Shown in pieces: positions 26,416 through 36,134 of a DNA stretch of 64,000 nucleotides. A program made the translations under genes and the position numbers. Position 1 is the stretch's first letter, and the number at the start of each line of letters is the position of its first letter. The stretch lies in the IMG/VR virus record IMGVR_UViG_3300008954_000003, positions 1-64,000 of that record. One strand, written 5' to 3'. The DNA is from a virus. The notes beneath the pieces were generated by a model that saw only the letters and a program-made list of their open reading frames with translations, had not been told where the DNA came from and did not search any database.

Positions 26416-27128
26416 ACATAAGCATTGATGATATTTCACCACATCCGAAGTCTTCTTTGAAGGTGCTGGAGCAGTGCAATGATATTTTAAATGAATTCCC
26501 AGATGCCAAGTTCACGCTGTTTGTCCCAATGGCATACTGGAGAACCCAAAAAAAGGAAGTCGCGACAGAAGACCCTTTGTGCCTTCATTGGTATCCAGAG
26601 TTTTGTGAACAGTTGCGTAAATTACCAAAAGACGTTTATGAGATTGGATACCATGGCTTGTTTCATGGGGTGCCGGAAGTAACCGATAATGACGAGTTTG
26701 ATAAACTTGGTGTGTTGCAGACTTTGACGACGCTGGATGCTATGCAAGAAATTGCAGAAAAAGCAGGGCTGTTGGGAACAATCAAACCGATATTTAGACC
26801 GCCAGCGTGGAGAATGTCCTCTGAAGCCATAAGTGCGTGCAAGATGGCAGGACTTGATATGCTTTGTTTGACAAGAGCGGGATATGCCCTTGCAGCCTAT
26901 AAAGGAGCGGACAAGACATTCGGAAAAGTTTCCTATTCTGACATCGCACCACCGAATGATGCACTTCAACTGATGGATAGAACAGGGCTTGTTTATCATG
27001 CGTGCGAGTGGGACAAGAACTATCTTGGAAAAGGGTTAACAAAAGAACTTGTTGAGTTTTTAAAAGAGAACAAAGGTCAATATGAATTTACATTCATCGA
27101 AGGGATAAACGAATATGGGAAGGTCTGA
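26400..27128 (+). CDS. Polysaccharide deacetylase-like protein (NodB-type fold)
   Basis: ISIDD, EIGYHGLFH, FRPPAW. Confidence 0.8.
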   Translation: MRSKINISIDDISPHPKSSLKVLEQCNDILNEFPDAKFTLFVPMAYWRTQKKEVATEDPLCLHWYPEFCEQLRKLPKDVYEIGYHGLFHGVPEVTDNDEFDKLGVLQTLTTLDAMQEIAEKAGLLGTIKPIFRPPAWRMSSEAISACKMAGLDMLCLTRAGYALAAYKGADKTFGKVSYSDIAPPNDALQLMDRTGLVYHACEWDKNYLGKGLTKELVEFLKENKGQYEFTFIEGINEYGKV

Positions 27129-27717
27129 TCAGTTTTTATACCCATTTTATGGGGCAAAAATAAAACCCGTTGGTGATGTCGCTTTGCTCGGCTTCACGGA
27201 CAATAGACTATTTCAGGGAGATCTTTATGATCAGGCTCTTGGTAATTGGGAGATAAATTCCAATTGGGAGCTTCCAAAGAATTACGATACGATTATATGC
27301 ACACGATGCGCTTATTTTTGTGATTCACCATATTACTTCATGTCGAGATGCTATGCTCATTTGAATTTCGGTGGCTATCTTTATGTTGACTGGGGATATG
27401 GTGATCACTGGAGATTTGAGAGTTATAAGATTGGGTGGCTTAAAAACGAAGAGCAGGAATGGCATTACCACAAAGACAATAAATTATGGTCTGGTATTTG
27501 GAACGACAAATTTTTAGAAGATGACCAATACAAGTTATTCTGTGAAAGAGTTAAAAAATTTGGATATGACGACGTAAAGAAAGCAATCTTAAAAGAGACT
27601 CCTTATATACTGTGGCCCGAGTCGTGGTTGTCATGTTTTGAAATAAACTATGATTTGCTTGCTTTGTGGGAAGATCAACCACAGCTTTATATTTTGATGA
27701 GCTGTAGAAAAAAATGA
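27115..27717 (+). CDS. Methyltransferase-like protein
   Basis: YDTIICTR...CYAHLNFGGYLYVD resembles class I MTase motifs; motif I is degenerate. Confidence 0.5.
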   Translation: MGRSDQFLYPFYGAKIKPVGDVALLGFTDNRLFQGDLYDQALGNWEINSNWELPKNYDTIICTRCAYFCDSPYYFMSRCYAHLNFGGYLYVDWGYGDHWRFESYKIGWLKNEEQEWHYHKDNKLWSGIWNDKFLEDDQYKLFCERVKKFGYDDVKKAILKETPYILWPESWLSCFEINYDLLALWEDQPQLYILMSCRKK

Positions 27718-28673
27718 TAAATTTCGTTGTAAAGGAAATGACAGCCCTGCGTTATTTTATTCCGCTTGTGGATGAGGCTGGCAAGCGTGATATTCGTTCG
27801 TGTTTTTATGTCGGAACGTTTGGAAAATATAATTGCCCCATAAAACACGAAAGAACACTCATGAATCTTTGCAGTATTTTTCGAATAGAGATTAGACCAT
27901 TGTCTGATTTTGAAGAAAACTGTGAGGGCCTGACTTTTTTCATTGAGGGTGTTGGTGTTGATTTAAGACACAAGAGGCAACAAAAACGTGTATCGTTGAC
28001 TTACATGACAGACTTTGTATCGTCGTACAATACATACATCGATAAAGTCGACCATGTTGTTTTCCCTAGTAAAAAGTTTGCCGAACATTATAGCTGTATT
28101 TCTGATAAGAATTTGTATCTTGGTTCACCAAAGTATGACTGCTTTTTTGATGATTACGCAACAGAAGTGAAACACAAACTTCCTGAGACTGCCGGGCGTG
28201 CTTTGATGATCTATCCAAAACAACGCGATGTAAATAAAATTGATGTGGATTTGTTGTGTGATTATTTGGGAAGGGCGGGTTTTTGGGTCATTACGAAGAC
28301 AAGAGGAAAAGATCCACTTGTGAAAGAATCACATGGGGGAGACTTACACCTTTCTGATGAACAGTGGTATCCACATACAACATTGGAGCTTATAAGAGAA
28401 TCTGATATTGTTGTGAATTTTAATTCAACCGTCATAAAAGAATGTGTCATGCTCGACACGCCATTGATAAATTTTGATATTAAACCATTTAAGAGGCTTG
28501 ACTTTCTTTATGATTATGATTATTGTATTGAACTCCCAACGGACGTGCAGTTTGCGGATTTCAACGAAGCTCTTAAAAATTTAACATGGTCGGGTGAAGA
28601 GTTCAAAAAAGCAAGAAAAGAGTGTTTGTTTGAGAAGGGAGCGTCAAGGAGAATACTTGAAACAGTCATGTGA
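27714..28673 (+). CDS. GT-B-fold-like protein (candidate ulosonate transferase or NDP-sugar hydrolase)
   Basis: LGSPKYD, ELIRESDIVVNFNSTVIKECVMLDTPLI resemble the TagF/NeuC/capsule GT-B C-terminal lobe. Confidence 0.55.
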   Translation: MINFVVKEMTALRYFIPLVDEAGKRDIRSCFYVGTFGKYNCPIKHERTLMNLCSIFRIEIRPLSDFEENCEGLTFFIEGVGVDLRHKRQQKRVSLTYMTDFVSSYNTYIDKVDHVVFPSKKFAEHYSCISDKNLYLGSPKYDCFFDDYATEVKHKLPETAGRALMIYPKQRDVNKIDVDLLCDYLGRAGFWVITKTRGKDPLVKESHGGDLHLSDEQWYPHTTLELIRESDIVVNFNSTVIKECVMLDTPLINFDIKPFKRLDFLYDYDYCIELPTDVQFADFNEALKNLTWSGEEFKKARKECLFEKGASRRILETVM

Positions 28674-29241
28674 AATTGCTGTGGTAATCCCTGCAAGAGG
28701 TGGCAGCAAACGATTGAAACGAAAAAACATAAGAGAGCTTTGTGGAATACCGATGATTGCGTTCGCTATTGATGCATGTAAAAACTCAAAATATAATTTG
28801 ATGGTGTGGGTGAGCACAGATGACAGAGAAATTCAAGAAATCGCTACAGAATATGGAGCCGATGTGTCTTTTTTTCGCCCAGCAGAACTGGCCAGAGACA
28901 AAGTTTTTAAACAAGAAGTTATACGACACGCGACAGACAAAATGGCGAGGGAGTTCAATTATCATCCAGAACTGGTGATTTCTTTACAAGCAAACTCTCC
29001 TCAAATTGAAGGAAGACATCTTGATGCTGGTATTGAAAAATTGCTTGAATATAATCTACAGGAAGTGTTTAGTGTCGATAGCAACCTTATTCAAAATGGA
29101 GCCTTTAGAATAATGCGTAATGAGTATGTGTTCCAAAGAGACTTGAGTACTTATTGTGGTGTTGTGGTCGCTGATATAATAGACGTTCACACAGAACACG
29201 ACATGGATAAAGTTAAGGAGAAAATGGATGATAATATTTGA
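28657..29241 (+). CDS. CMP-nonulosonate synthetase (NeuA/PseF family)
   Basis: VIPARGGSKRLKRKN, VSTDD, RPAELA, DVHTEHD; TTG start with AAGGAG. Confidence 0.9.
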   Translation: MKQSCEIAVVIPARGGSKRLKRKNIRELCGIPMIAFAIDACKNSKYNLMVWVSTDDREIQEIATEYGADVSFFRPAELARDKVFKQEVIRHATDKMAREFNYHPELVISLQANSPQIEGRHLDAGIEKLLEYNLQEVFSVDSNLIQNGAFRIMRNEYVFQRDLSTYCGVVVADIIDVHTEHDMDKVKEKMDDNI

Positions 29242-29857
29242 TATTGGTGCGTGCATTGGAATTTTTATTGATGACTGCTTGGCAAAGTATGGGGGTGATA
29301 TTGAAATGATTTATGCATTTGAACCTCTTTTTGTTAACAACGATTTTCTTTGTGAAAAATACAAAGATAACCCAAAGGTCACAATTTACAGCCTTGCTGT
29401 TGGTGCAAAAGGTGGCCTTGCTACATTTTATAAGAAATTTGATCCGAGAACAGATTCCCAGTCAGGCTCAGATTATGTTGGCAATGCTGGTTCTTCATTG
29501 AAGAAGGGGAAGTACAATGTCAGTTCTCATTTTAAAACGGAAGTTCGCGTAATTACTTTAAGCAAATTTCTTGAGGTATATCCTGAAATTGAAAAAATTG
29601 ATATTTTGAAAATTGATACCGAAGGAAGCGAGTACGATATTCTTGAAGACATAAACACAAATTTAACAGATTTTGAATTTGGCAGTATTCTCTTCGAAGA
29701 TCACGTTGGCAAAGTTGCAGGACTTGAATCCGACAGAGAGCGTGTTTTAACTGAGATAAAGAAAAAGGATAAGGGCGGTCTGTATAAAGTACAAACGCAA
29801 GGGAACCACCTTGAGTACACGCCCCTTGAAGAATCAACCATGTGGAAGGAACTATGA
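29228..29857 (+). CDS. FkbM-family methyltransferase
   Basis: IFDIGACIG, AFEP, ILKIDTEGSEYDIL. Confidence 0.9.
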   Translation: MIIFDIGACIGIFIDDCLAKYGGDIEMIYAFEPLFVNNDFLCEKYKDNPKVTIYSLAVGAKGGLATFYKKFDPRTDSQSGSDYVGNAGSSLKKGKYNVSSHFKTEVRVITLSKFLEVYPEIEKIDILKIDTEGSEYDILEDINTNLTDFEFGSILFEDHVGKVAGLESDRERVLTEIKKKDKGGLYKVQTQGNHLEYTPLEESTMWKEL

Positions 29858-29908
29858 CCGAAAAAGAACAAGCGGAAGATGTTATTACGAAAGTAAAGTG
29901 GGGCTATA

Positions 29909-30619
29909 ATGAAAATTGTTGTTGACCTTTTTAATCAACACTCTGGAGATCTCCAAAGGTTGAAAAATATGGCAGGTGCTGCAAAAGTTTTTGGAGCTGA
30001 TGCTGTAAAGATTCAGATTCTGAACAGTCAAAGGATTTGGGGAGACGACTCACGAAAATACCTTGAGATGACAGACGACGAGGTTTTGGATTTCAAAAAG
30101 TATTGTGACAACCAAGGCATACCATTCCAAGCCACTGTCTTTGATGAGAGAGGCTTGGAACTTATAAATGATATGGGGGTCGACTCGTATAAGATCGCCA
30201 GCATAACAGCACTCAAGGAAAAGGGGTTGTGTGAGAAGATTTTAAACATGAACAAATTGACGTACATTTCACTCGGCAAATTCCCATTTGGAGAGTTTCC
30301 TTTTGGTCACGATCCAAATATTAGGTATTTGTTTTGCATTGCCAAATACCCAACACAGCTTCACGAAGTTAAAATGCCGGCCAAATTCGATGAGAAAGGT
30401 TACTACGGCTTTAGTGATCATGTCATAGGTAACTCAGCAGCCATTTTGGCGTACACCAGAGGGGCTCAATACCTTGAAAAACACTATACAATCGATACAA
30501 AGATAAAAAGAGAGTTCGAAAAAGCACATTCTTGCTCTCTTACACACCAGACTTTATTCTCTCTTAGAGAGCAGATAAAAGAACTGGCCATATTGAGGGA
30601 AAATGGAGAACTTTCCTGA
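29909..30619 (+). CDS. Short NeuB-family synthase lacking the SAF domain
   Basis: NQHSGD, GADAVKIQ, YKIAS, YPT, GFSDH, LEKHYT; 236 aa. Confidence 0.88.
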   Translation: MKIVVDLFNQHSGDLQRLKNMAGAAKVFGADAVKIQILNSQRIWGDDSRKYLEMTDDEVLDFKKYCDNQGIPFQATVFDERGLELINDMGVDSYKIASITALKEKGLCEKILNMNKLTYISLGKFPFGEFPFGHDPNIRYLFCIAKYPTQLHEVKMPAKFDEKGYYGFSDHVIGNSAAILAYTRGAQYLEKHYTIDTKIKREFEKAHSCSLTHQTLFSLREQIKELAILRENGELS

Positions 30620-31226
30620 CGTTTCAATTATCGTAACAAACTTCAACTACGGTAAGTATATCGGAAGATGTCTACGGAGTTGTTTGTCACAGCGCAATGT
30701 TAACCACGAGGTTATCGTTGTTGATGATTGTTCGAGTGATGATTCCATAGAACAACTGCAACCATATATATCCCGCGTAAGACTCAAACAGAATAGGAAA
30801 AACCTTGGTGTAGGAGAAACAGCCAACAAAGGTTTTAAGGCGGCTTTGGGGCAATATGTTGTTCGTGTAGATGCAGATGATTTCATAAGTGCCGACATGT
30901 GTCACTTTATGAAAACATATCTTGAGGCCAATCACGATGCTTTTTGTGTTTCGTGCGATTATCTAATGGTTGATGATCATGAAGAAATATTAGAACGCAA
31001 ATATGCAGAGCAAGAAAACGTGTCTTGTGGAATTATGTACAGGAAAGATCTCCTCCTTCAATTAGGGGGTTATAAGAAAGGCATTCGTCATCGAGAAGAG
31101 GAAGAGTTAAGAAAGCGACTTGACAGTTATTATAAAATTCACCATCTTCGCATACCATTCTATCGTTATCGAATGCATAACAATAACAAAACAAAAACAA
31201 AAGAATACGAGGAGTTTGAAGTATGA
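30603..31226 (+). CDS. Glycosyltransferase, GT2
   Basis: VSIIVTNFNYG, VVDDCSSD, RVDADD. Confidence 0.9.
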   Translation: MENFPDVSIIVTNFNYGKYIGRCLRSCLSQRNVNHEVIVVDDCSSDDSIEQLQPYISRVRLKQNRKNLGVGETANKGFKAALGQYVVRVDADDFISADMCHFMKTYLEANHDAFCVSCDYLMVDDHEEILERKYAEQENVSCGIMYRKDLLLQLGGYKKGIRHREEEELRKRLDSYYKIHHLRIPFYRYRMHNNNKTKTKEYEEFEV

Positions 31227-32350
31227 GAATGTTAATGCTTTTGAATCAACCGAGAGATATCCCCTTAGCCGCTCTTATCGACAGAACATCACCAGATGCT
31301 GTAAAGTTTGCGATTACAGATTTTTCACACGAAACAGAATTTAACCTTGGCAAGAGGAAAGCTCTTGAAAAATGTTTTGACTCAAACCAGATTGAAGAAG
31401 CCAACTTGGTTTTAAGTGATATGTGTGTTTGTCGCGACAAGGAAGAAATGATGGAACTTATATCAACATGTGATATCTGTTTGTCTGTTGGAAGAGAATT
31501 TTTTGTGTTTAAACCAATCGAGCGTGTGAAGTATGTTGCCCTGAGCATGGAGCGTTGTTATTTCCATAGGTTGATTCAGGTCTTACCGGCGTACAAAGGC
31601 AACCTGAAAATCTTTTTGCATAGCGAGGCTTGGCTTGAAGAAGACATTTGTGGGCTTTATGAGATGGGACCTTTTAATTATGGCTATCTTGATTTATATT
31701 CAAACTCCTTTGAGGCGGTTGATATTTTGGGACACTACAAGAGCATCTTGTCCCAGCACAAAAAAGATGAAATAAAGGAAGAATTTGGGGTCCCAAAGGA
31801 CAAAAAGGTCGTTTTGTTTTCCTTTAGGAGAGCTGACAAACAACTAACAGTTCATGGAAGCGAGTCTGAATATTATGAGAGCTGCAAAGAGAACTTGAAG
31901 AAGCTGAAAGAACTTGGTTATTATGTGATTTGTCGTAGAAGATTGAGTGAATACGATATAGCCAGAAGAAAAGATTCCGCTGAGGTTAAGAAGTACGATG
32001 AATTCTCTGACCTGATTGACAAGGAGTTGAGTGGTTTTGGCCATTTCCCAGAAGTGATCTGGAAAGCCATGCACATTTCAAACATGCTGTACCTTTCAGA
32101 TGTGTCATCTATCGCTGACATCGAAGCTGCAATCTGTAGAACCCCTGTGTTTTTACCGAGAGAAGGTTCTCTTGTCGAAGAAAAGTTGAAGTTTATGAGC
32201 CCGAGATACAAAGATCTGTTTGAAAGGGGTTTGATTTTTGATTCGATAGAAGGGTGGAGTGAGTCCGAGTACAAGAAAGGGGTTGAAGACTTCATTCAAG
32301 AATGGTACAATACGGACGTAAATGAATTTTGGAAGCGGGTATACGAATGA
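31223..32350 (+). CDS. Hypothetical GT-B-like protein
   Basis: KEEFGVPKDKKVVLF and SDVSSIADIEAAICRTPV resemble a GT-B C-terminal lobe; weakly similar in style to 27714..28673. Confidence 0.45.
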   Translation: MRMLMLLNQPRDIPLAALIDRTSPDAVKFAITDFSHETEFNLGKRKALEKCFDSNQIEEANLVLSDMCVCRDKEEMMELISTCDICLSVGREFFVFKPIERVKYVALSMERCYFHRLIQVLPAYKGNLKIFLHSEAWLEEDICGLYEMGPFNYGYLDLYSNSFEAVDILGHYKSILSQHKKDEIKEEFGVPKDKKVVLFSFRRADKQLTVHGSESEYYESCKENLKKLKELGYYVICRRRLSEYDIARRKDSAEVKKYDEFSDLIDKELSGFGHFPEVIWKAMHISNMLYLSDVSSIADIEAAICRTPVFLPREGSLVEEKLKFMSPRYKDLFERGLIFDSIEGWSESEYKKGVEDFIQEWYNTDVNEFWKRVYE

Positions 32351-33315
32351 AAATATTGATAACAGGAGGATCTGGATCTCTTGGAAGAGCTTTGGTCGCG
32401 ATATTGAAAGAAGAGGGTCGGCACACCATTGCCGTTTATAGTCGTAATGAGGCTAAGTTGGCGAAGTATTTTGGTAGAGAACCCAGCGTCAAATGTTTCA
32501 TTGGTGATGTTAGAGATTATAAAAGACTTAATAGTGTCATGAAGATGTTTCAACCAACTCATGTAATTCATGCTGCGGCATTGAAAAGAATTGATGATAT
32601 GGAAATACACCCAACAGAGTGTATCGCTACGAACGTTGAGGGGTCAAAAAACGTGGCAAATGCCGCTATTGAGAACGGTGTGCAGAGATGTGTTCTTGTG
32701 TCGACAGACAAAGCTTGTTTGCCAGTGAATACATATGGTGCAAGCAAGTTCTTAGCTGAACGACTTTTTACAAACTTTGATTACAGCTACTCTTCAACAA
32801 GGCTTGCTTCAATACGATATGGAAATGTCATTGCAAGTCGTGGGTCTTTTATCCCAATGTGGATGAACGCCATAAAGAATGGCGAAATGATTGGAGTCAC
32901 TTCGCTTGAGTGCAGTCGATTCTTGTTCACACTTCACGATGCAGCCAAGGCTGTCATTTCTGCACTTCATTATATGAGCGGCGGGGAAGTGTTTGTTCCT
33001 AAGTTAAAATCTTATAGGATGACGAGTGTGCTGGAAGCTTTGAAAAAATGTCTTGATGTGAAAGATATATCATATGATGTAATTGGTTTGCGGCCCGGAG
33101 AAAAGATTCATGAAGATATGTTATCTGAACTGGAATTAGAGCGAACGTTTGAAGTCAATGGGAAATTGTTGGCGATATTGCCGCAGTATTCTAATAGAGC
33201 GCATTTTGGGACGATACCATACAAAGGGGCTCTTTTGAATTCTGATTTGTGTGCTTCCAAAGATAACGAAGAGCTTGCAAAACTTATAATTCGTGGAGTT
33301 GAGGAGTCAAAATGA
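32347..33315 (+). CDS. UDP-GlcNAc 4,6-dehydratase (PseB/FlaA1/CapD family)
   Basis: ITGGSGSLG, HAAALK, STDKA, YGASK, RYGNV, SRGS, RPGEKIHE. Confidence 0.92.
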   Translation: MKILITGGSGSLGRALVAILKEEGRHTIAVYSRNEAKLAKYFGREPSVKCFIGDVRDYKRLNSVMKMFQPTHVIHAAALKRIDDMEIHPTECIATNVEGSKNVANAAIENGVQRCVLVSTDKACLPVNTYGASKFLAERLFTNFDYSYSSTRLASIRYGNVIASRGSFIPMWMNAIKNGEMIGVTSLECSRFLFTLHDAAKAVISALHYMSGGEVFVPKLKSYRMTSVLEALKKCLDVKDISYDVIGLRPGEKIHEDMLSELELERTFEVNGKLLAILPQYSNRAHFGTIPYKGALLNSDLCASKDNEELAKLIIRGVEESK

Positions 33316-34589
33316 TGAGGACGAAGGAGGTGAGATTGTGGGAGAATGCTTGTCGTTATATCCCAAGAGGGACGATGACACTTAGTAAATGCCCAGATCA
33401 GTTTGTTGAGGGGGTTTATCCTATATTTGCAGATAGAGCTTACGGCGCAACGATTGTTGGTATAGATGGCCGGGAATACCTTGATTTTATGTGCGGGCTT
33501 GGCCCAATTGTTCTTGGATACGGGGATCCTGTTGTGAACGAGGCGATTAAAAAGCAGTTGGAGAAGGGAACAATTTTTCCGTTACCAACACTATTGGAAA
33601 CCAAACTTGCGAAACTTATTGTTGAAACTGTTCCAAGTGCAGAAATGGTTCGGTTTGCAAAGAACGGAACAGATGTCTGCACAGCAGCAGTTCGTATCGC
33701 AAGGTCATACACTGGGAAAGAACATGTTTTGAAGTGCGGCTATCATGGGTGGTCTGATTGGCATGGTATTACAACAGGCCGTGAACACGGCATTCCGAAG
33801 AGCATGAAAAAGATAATCAGCGAGTTCAAATACAACGACTTGGACGACCTTGAGAGTCTTTTGAAAAAATATGAAGTTGCCTGCATCATCATGGAAGCTG
33901 AGGCTTTGGAAGCGCCGAAACCGGGTTATTTAGATGGTGTGCGCGAACTTGCAACAAAGTATGAGGCTTTGCTTATCTTTGATGAGGTCGTGACAGGATA
34001 TCGTTGGGGCCTTGGTGGCGCACAAGAAATGTTTGATGTCATTCCAGATTTGACAACACTTGGGAAATCGATTGCAAATGGACTTCCACTAAGTGTTATT
34101 TGTGGAAAGAAGAAATACATGGAAGAATTGAATCATGTTTTCTTTTCAATGACTTTTGGAGGGGAATGTCTTTCGATGGCGGCAGCAGTTGCAACGATTG
34201 AAGAATTGAAGAAAAAAGATTACGGAGCACTGTGGGAACTAAACCGAAAGTTTATACAAGGAATCAATAATGCCGCAACCAAACACAAACTCCTCATTAA
34301 TTTTGCAGGGACTGGCTTAAGACATAACCTTACTTTTGATAAATCGTATAAGGACCCCTCCGGGATGAGAGATTTGTTTTATCAGAGGATGATCGATTTT
34401 AACGTCTTTTTCTCAAACGTCCTATACCTTCAGTTCTCACATACAGAAAGTGATATTGAAGATGCAGTAGCTGCGGCAGAACAATCATTCGCCTTTGTGA
34501 AAGCGAACATGAATGATATCGATGGGGCTTTGAACGGAAAAAGAAGCGTTTCTGTTTTTCTAAAGAGAGACAAAGATGAGGAAGATTGA
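33312..34589 (+). CDS. Class III PLP aminotransferase (GSA-aminomutase-like)
   Basis: MVRFAKNGTD, YHGW, LIFDEVVTGYR, LGKSIANG, TFGGE. Confidence 0.92.
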   Translation: MMRTKEVRLWENACRYIPRGTMTLSKCPDQFVEGVYPIFADRAYGATIVGIDGREYLDFMCGLGPIVLGYGDPVVNEAIKKQLEKGTIFPLPTLLETKLAKLIVETVPSAEMVRFAKNGTDVCTAAVRIARSYTGKEHVLKCGYHGWSDWHGITTGREHGIPKSMKKIISEFKYNDLDDLESLLKKYEVACIIMEAEALEAPKPGYLDGVRELATKYEALLIFDEVVTGYRWGLGGAQEMFDVIPDLTTLGKSIANGLPLSVICGKKKYMEELNHVFFSMTFGGECLSMAAAVATIEELKKKDYGALWELNRKFIQGINNAATKHKLLINFAGTGLRHNLTFDKSYKDPSGMRDLFYQRMIDFNVFFSNVLYLQFSHTESDIEDAVAAAEQSFAFVKANMNDIDGALNGKRSVSVFLKRDKDEED

Positions 34590-35268
34590 AGATACTCTTT
34601 TCATAATTCAAGCAAGGGTCGATTCATCTCGCATTGAGCGGAAGATGATTCGACCTTTTGCTGATTCGTGCCTGTTTGAAATAGCAATAAAGAAAGTGCT
34701 CTCCTCTAAGATTCCAAAGGAGAATTTTTATGTGTCGATATTGGACAAAGAGCTTGAAGAGATTGCCCTCAAATACAAAGTGAATATGTTTATGAGGGGC
34801 AAGGGGACCTTGGAAGAACCAATAACACTTCAAAAGATATTTGAGTGGAGACTATTACCCTTTAAACATTATGTGAATTTGGGTGCCTGCAATCCGCTTG
34901 TGACCACAGAAACAATCGACAATTTTATTGAAGAGTTTCTTGCAATGCCTGAAGAGCGGACGGGAATGTTCGCGGTGGTTCCAAGAAGAAACTTCTTTTA
35001 TAACAGCCAAGGGAAGATGATAAATCTCTTTCATGGAAAAAAAGAGCACCTTGTTACCCTGGAAACAAAATTGGTTGGAACAACCTATGAAGCGGCACAT
35101 ACATTGTATGCCGGACAAATTGAAGATATTGAAAAAGGAATTTATATGGGTAATTTTGAAAATTACGAAGTCGCCTTTTATAGCATGAAAGAAGAAGAAG
35201 TCTTTGATATTGATTATCCATGGCAATTTGATTTGGCAGAACAGATGTATATTTTGAGGAACAAGTGA
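34576..35268 (+). CDS. Second cytidylyltransferase (NeuA/KdsB/SpsF-like)
   Basis: IIQARVDSSRIERKMIRPF, CNPL, DIDYPWQF. Confidence 0.85.
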   Translation: MRKIEDTLFIIQARVDSSRIERKMIRPFADSCLFEIAIKKVLSSKIPKENFYVSILDKELEEIALKYKVNMFMRGKGTLEEPITLQKIFEWRLLPFKHYVNLGACNPLVTTETIDNFIEEFLAMPEERTGMFAVVPRRNFFYNSQGKMINLFHGKKEHLVTLETKLVGTTYEAAHTLYAGQIEDIEKGIYMGNFENYEVAFYSMKEEEVFDIDYPWQFDLAEQMYILRNK

Positions 35269-36134
35269 AAGCAGTTATAATTGGGAATGGTTCAATCGGA
35301 AAGCGCCATAAGAGGAATTTGAAGGAGATGGGCATTGATGTTCGAACAGTTGATGTCGACGAGGCTCACAACCTTAATGCGATATTAAACAGTCGTGTTT
35401 GGGATTTTGGCCTTGTGTGCAGCCCGACGAACCTTCATCTTCAACACACATATGAACTTGTTAGGAGGGGCATTCCAACGTTTTGTGAAAAACCGTTTTA
35501 TCGAGAAAAAGATAAAGAGCTTTTGACGAAAATAAGGCGTTGTGTGAAACACAAAAACCTTCCAAATATGGTCGGTTGCAATTTGAGATTTCATGAAGAG
35601 ATAGCCCAGGTGGCAAACCATGGCTTTTTTAAGAAACCAGATGTTGCATATGCTCATTTTGGTTATGATTTGAAAAAATGGCATAATGACGGGAAACATC
35701 TTGAATTATATAGTGCAAACAAAAGTATGGGTGGCGGCATAACATTTGATGCCATACATGAGTTCGACTATCTTTATCATTGGTATGGAGAAATTGATAA
35801 GATCGATGTTGTTGCAAAGAAAGTGTCAGACGTAACAGTTGACACAGAGGATGTATGCGATGGGAAGATTTATTTCAGAAACGGACAGGTTGCTTATATC
35901 CATTTGGATTATTTAGCACCAGAGTATACAAGGTTTTTTATGTTTCCTTATTCACCAAGCTGTTATTACTACGACAAACCCATTAATATTGTACCAAGTA
36001 ATGAGATGTATGAATTTGAGATGAGGTACTTTGTAGGAAACCTGATATATGATGTAGAAGGGTGTATCAATTCTTTTGATGAAGCAATACACCTGATTGA
36101 CAAAATAAACGAAGGACTAAAATATGAATTCTAA
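35265..36134 (+). CDS. Gfo/Idh/MocA oxidoreductase
   Basis: IIGNGSIGKRH, FCEKP, VGCNLRF, GGG...DAIHEFD. Confidence 0.9.
   Translation: MKAVIIGNGSIGKRHKRNLKEMGIDVRTVDVDEAHNLNAILNSRVWDFGLVCSPTNLHLQHTYELVRRGIPTFCEKPFYREKDKELLTKIRRCVKHKNLPNMVGCNLRFHEEIAQVANHGFFKKPDVAYAHFGYDLKKWHNDGKHLELYSANKSMGGGITFDAIHEFDYLYHWYGEIDKIDVVAKKVSDVTVDTEDVCDGKIYFRNGQVAYIHLDYLAPEYTRFFMFPYSPSCYYYDKPINIVPSNEMYEFEMRYFVGNLIYDVEGCINSFDEAIHLIDKINEGLKYEF

Noticed and set aside
33312-34589. hemL (tetrapyrrole synthesis)
   Set aside because: Embedded among sugar-pathway genes with no other hem genes; a sugar aminotransferase role is more parsimonious.
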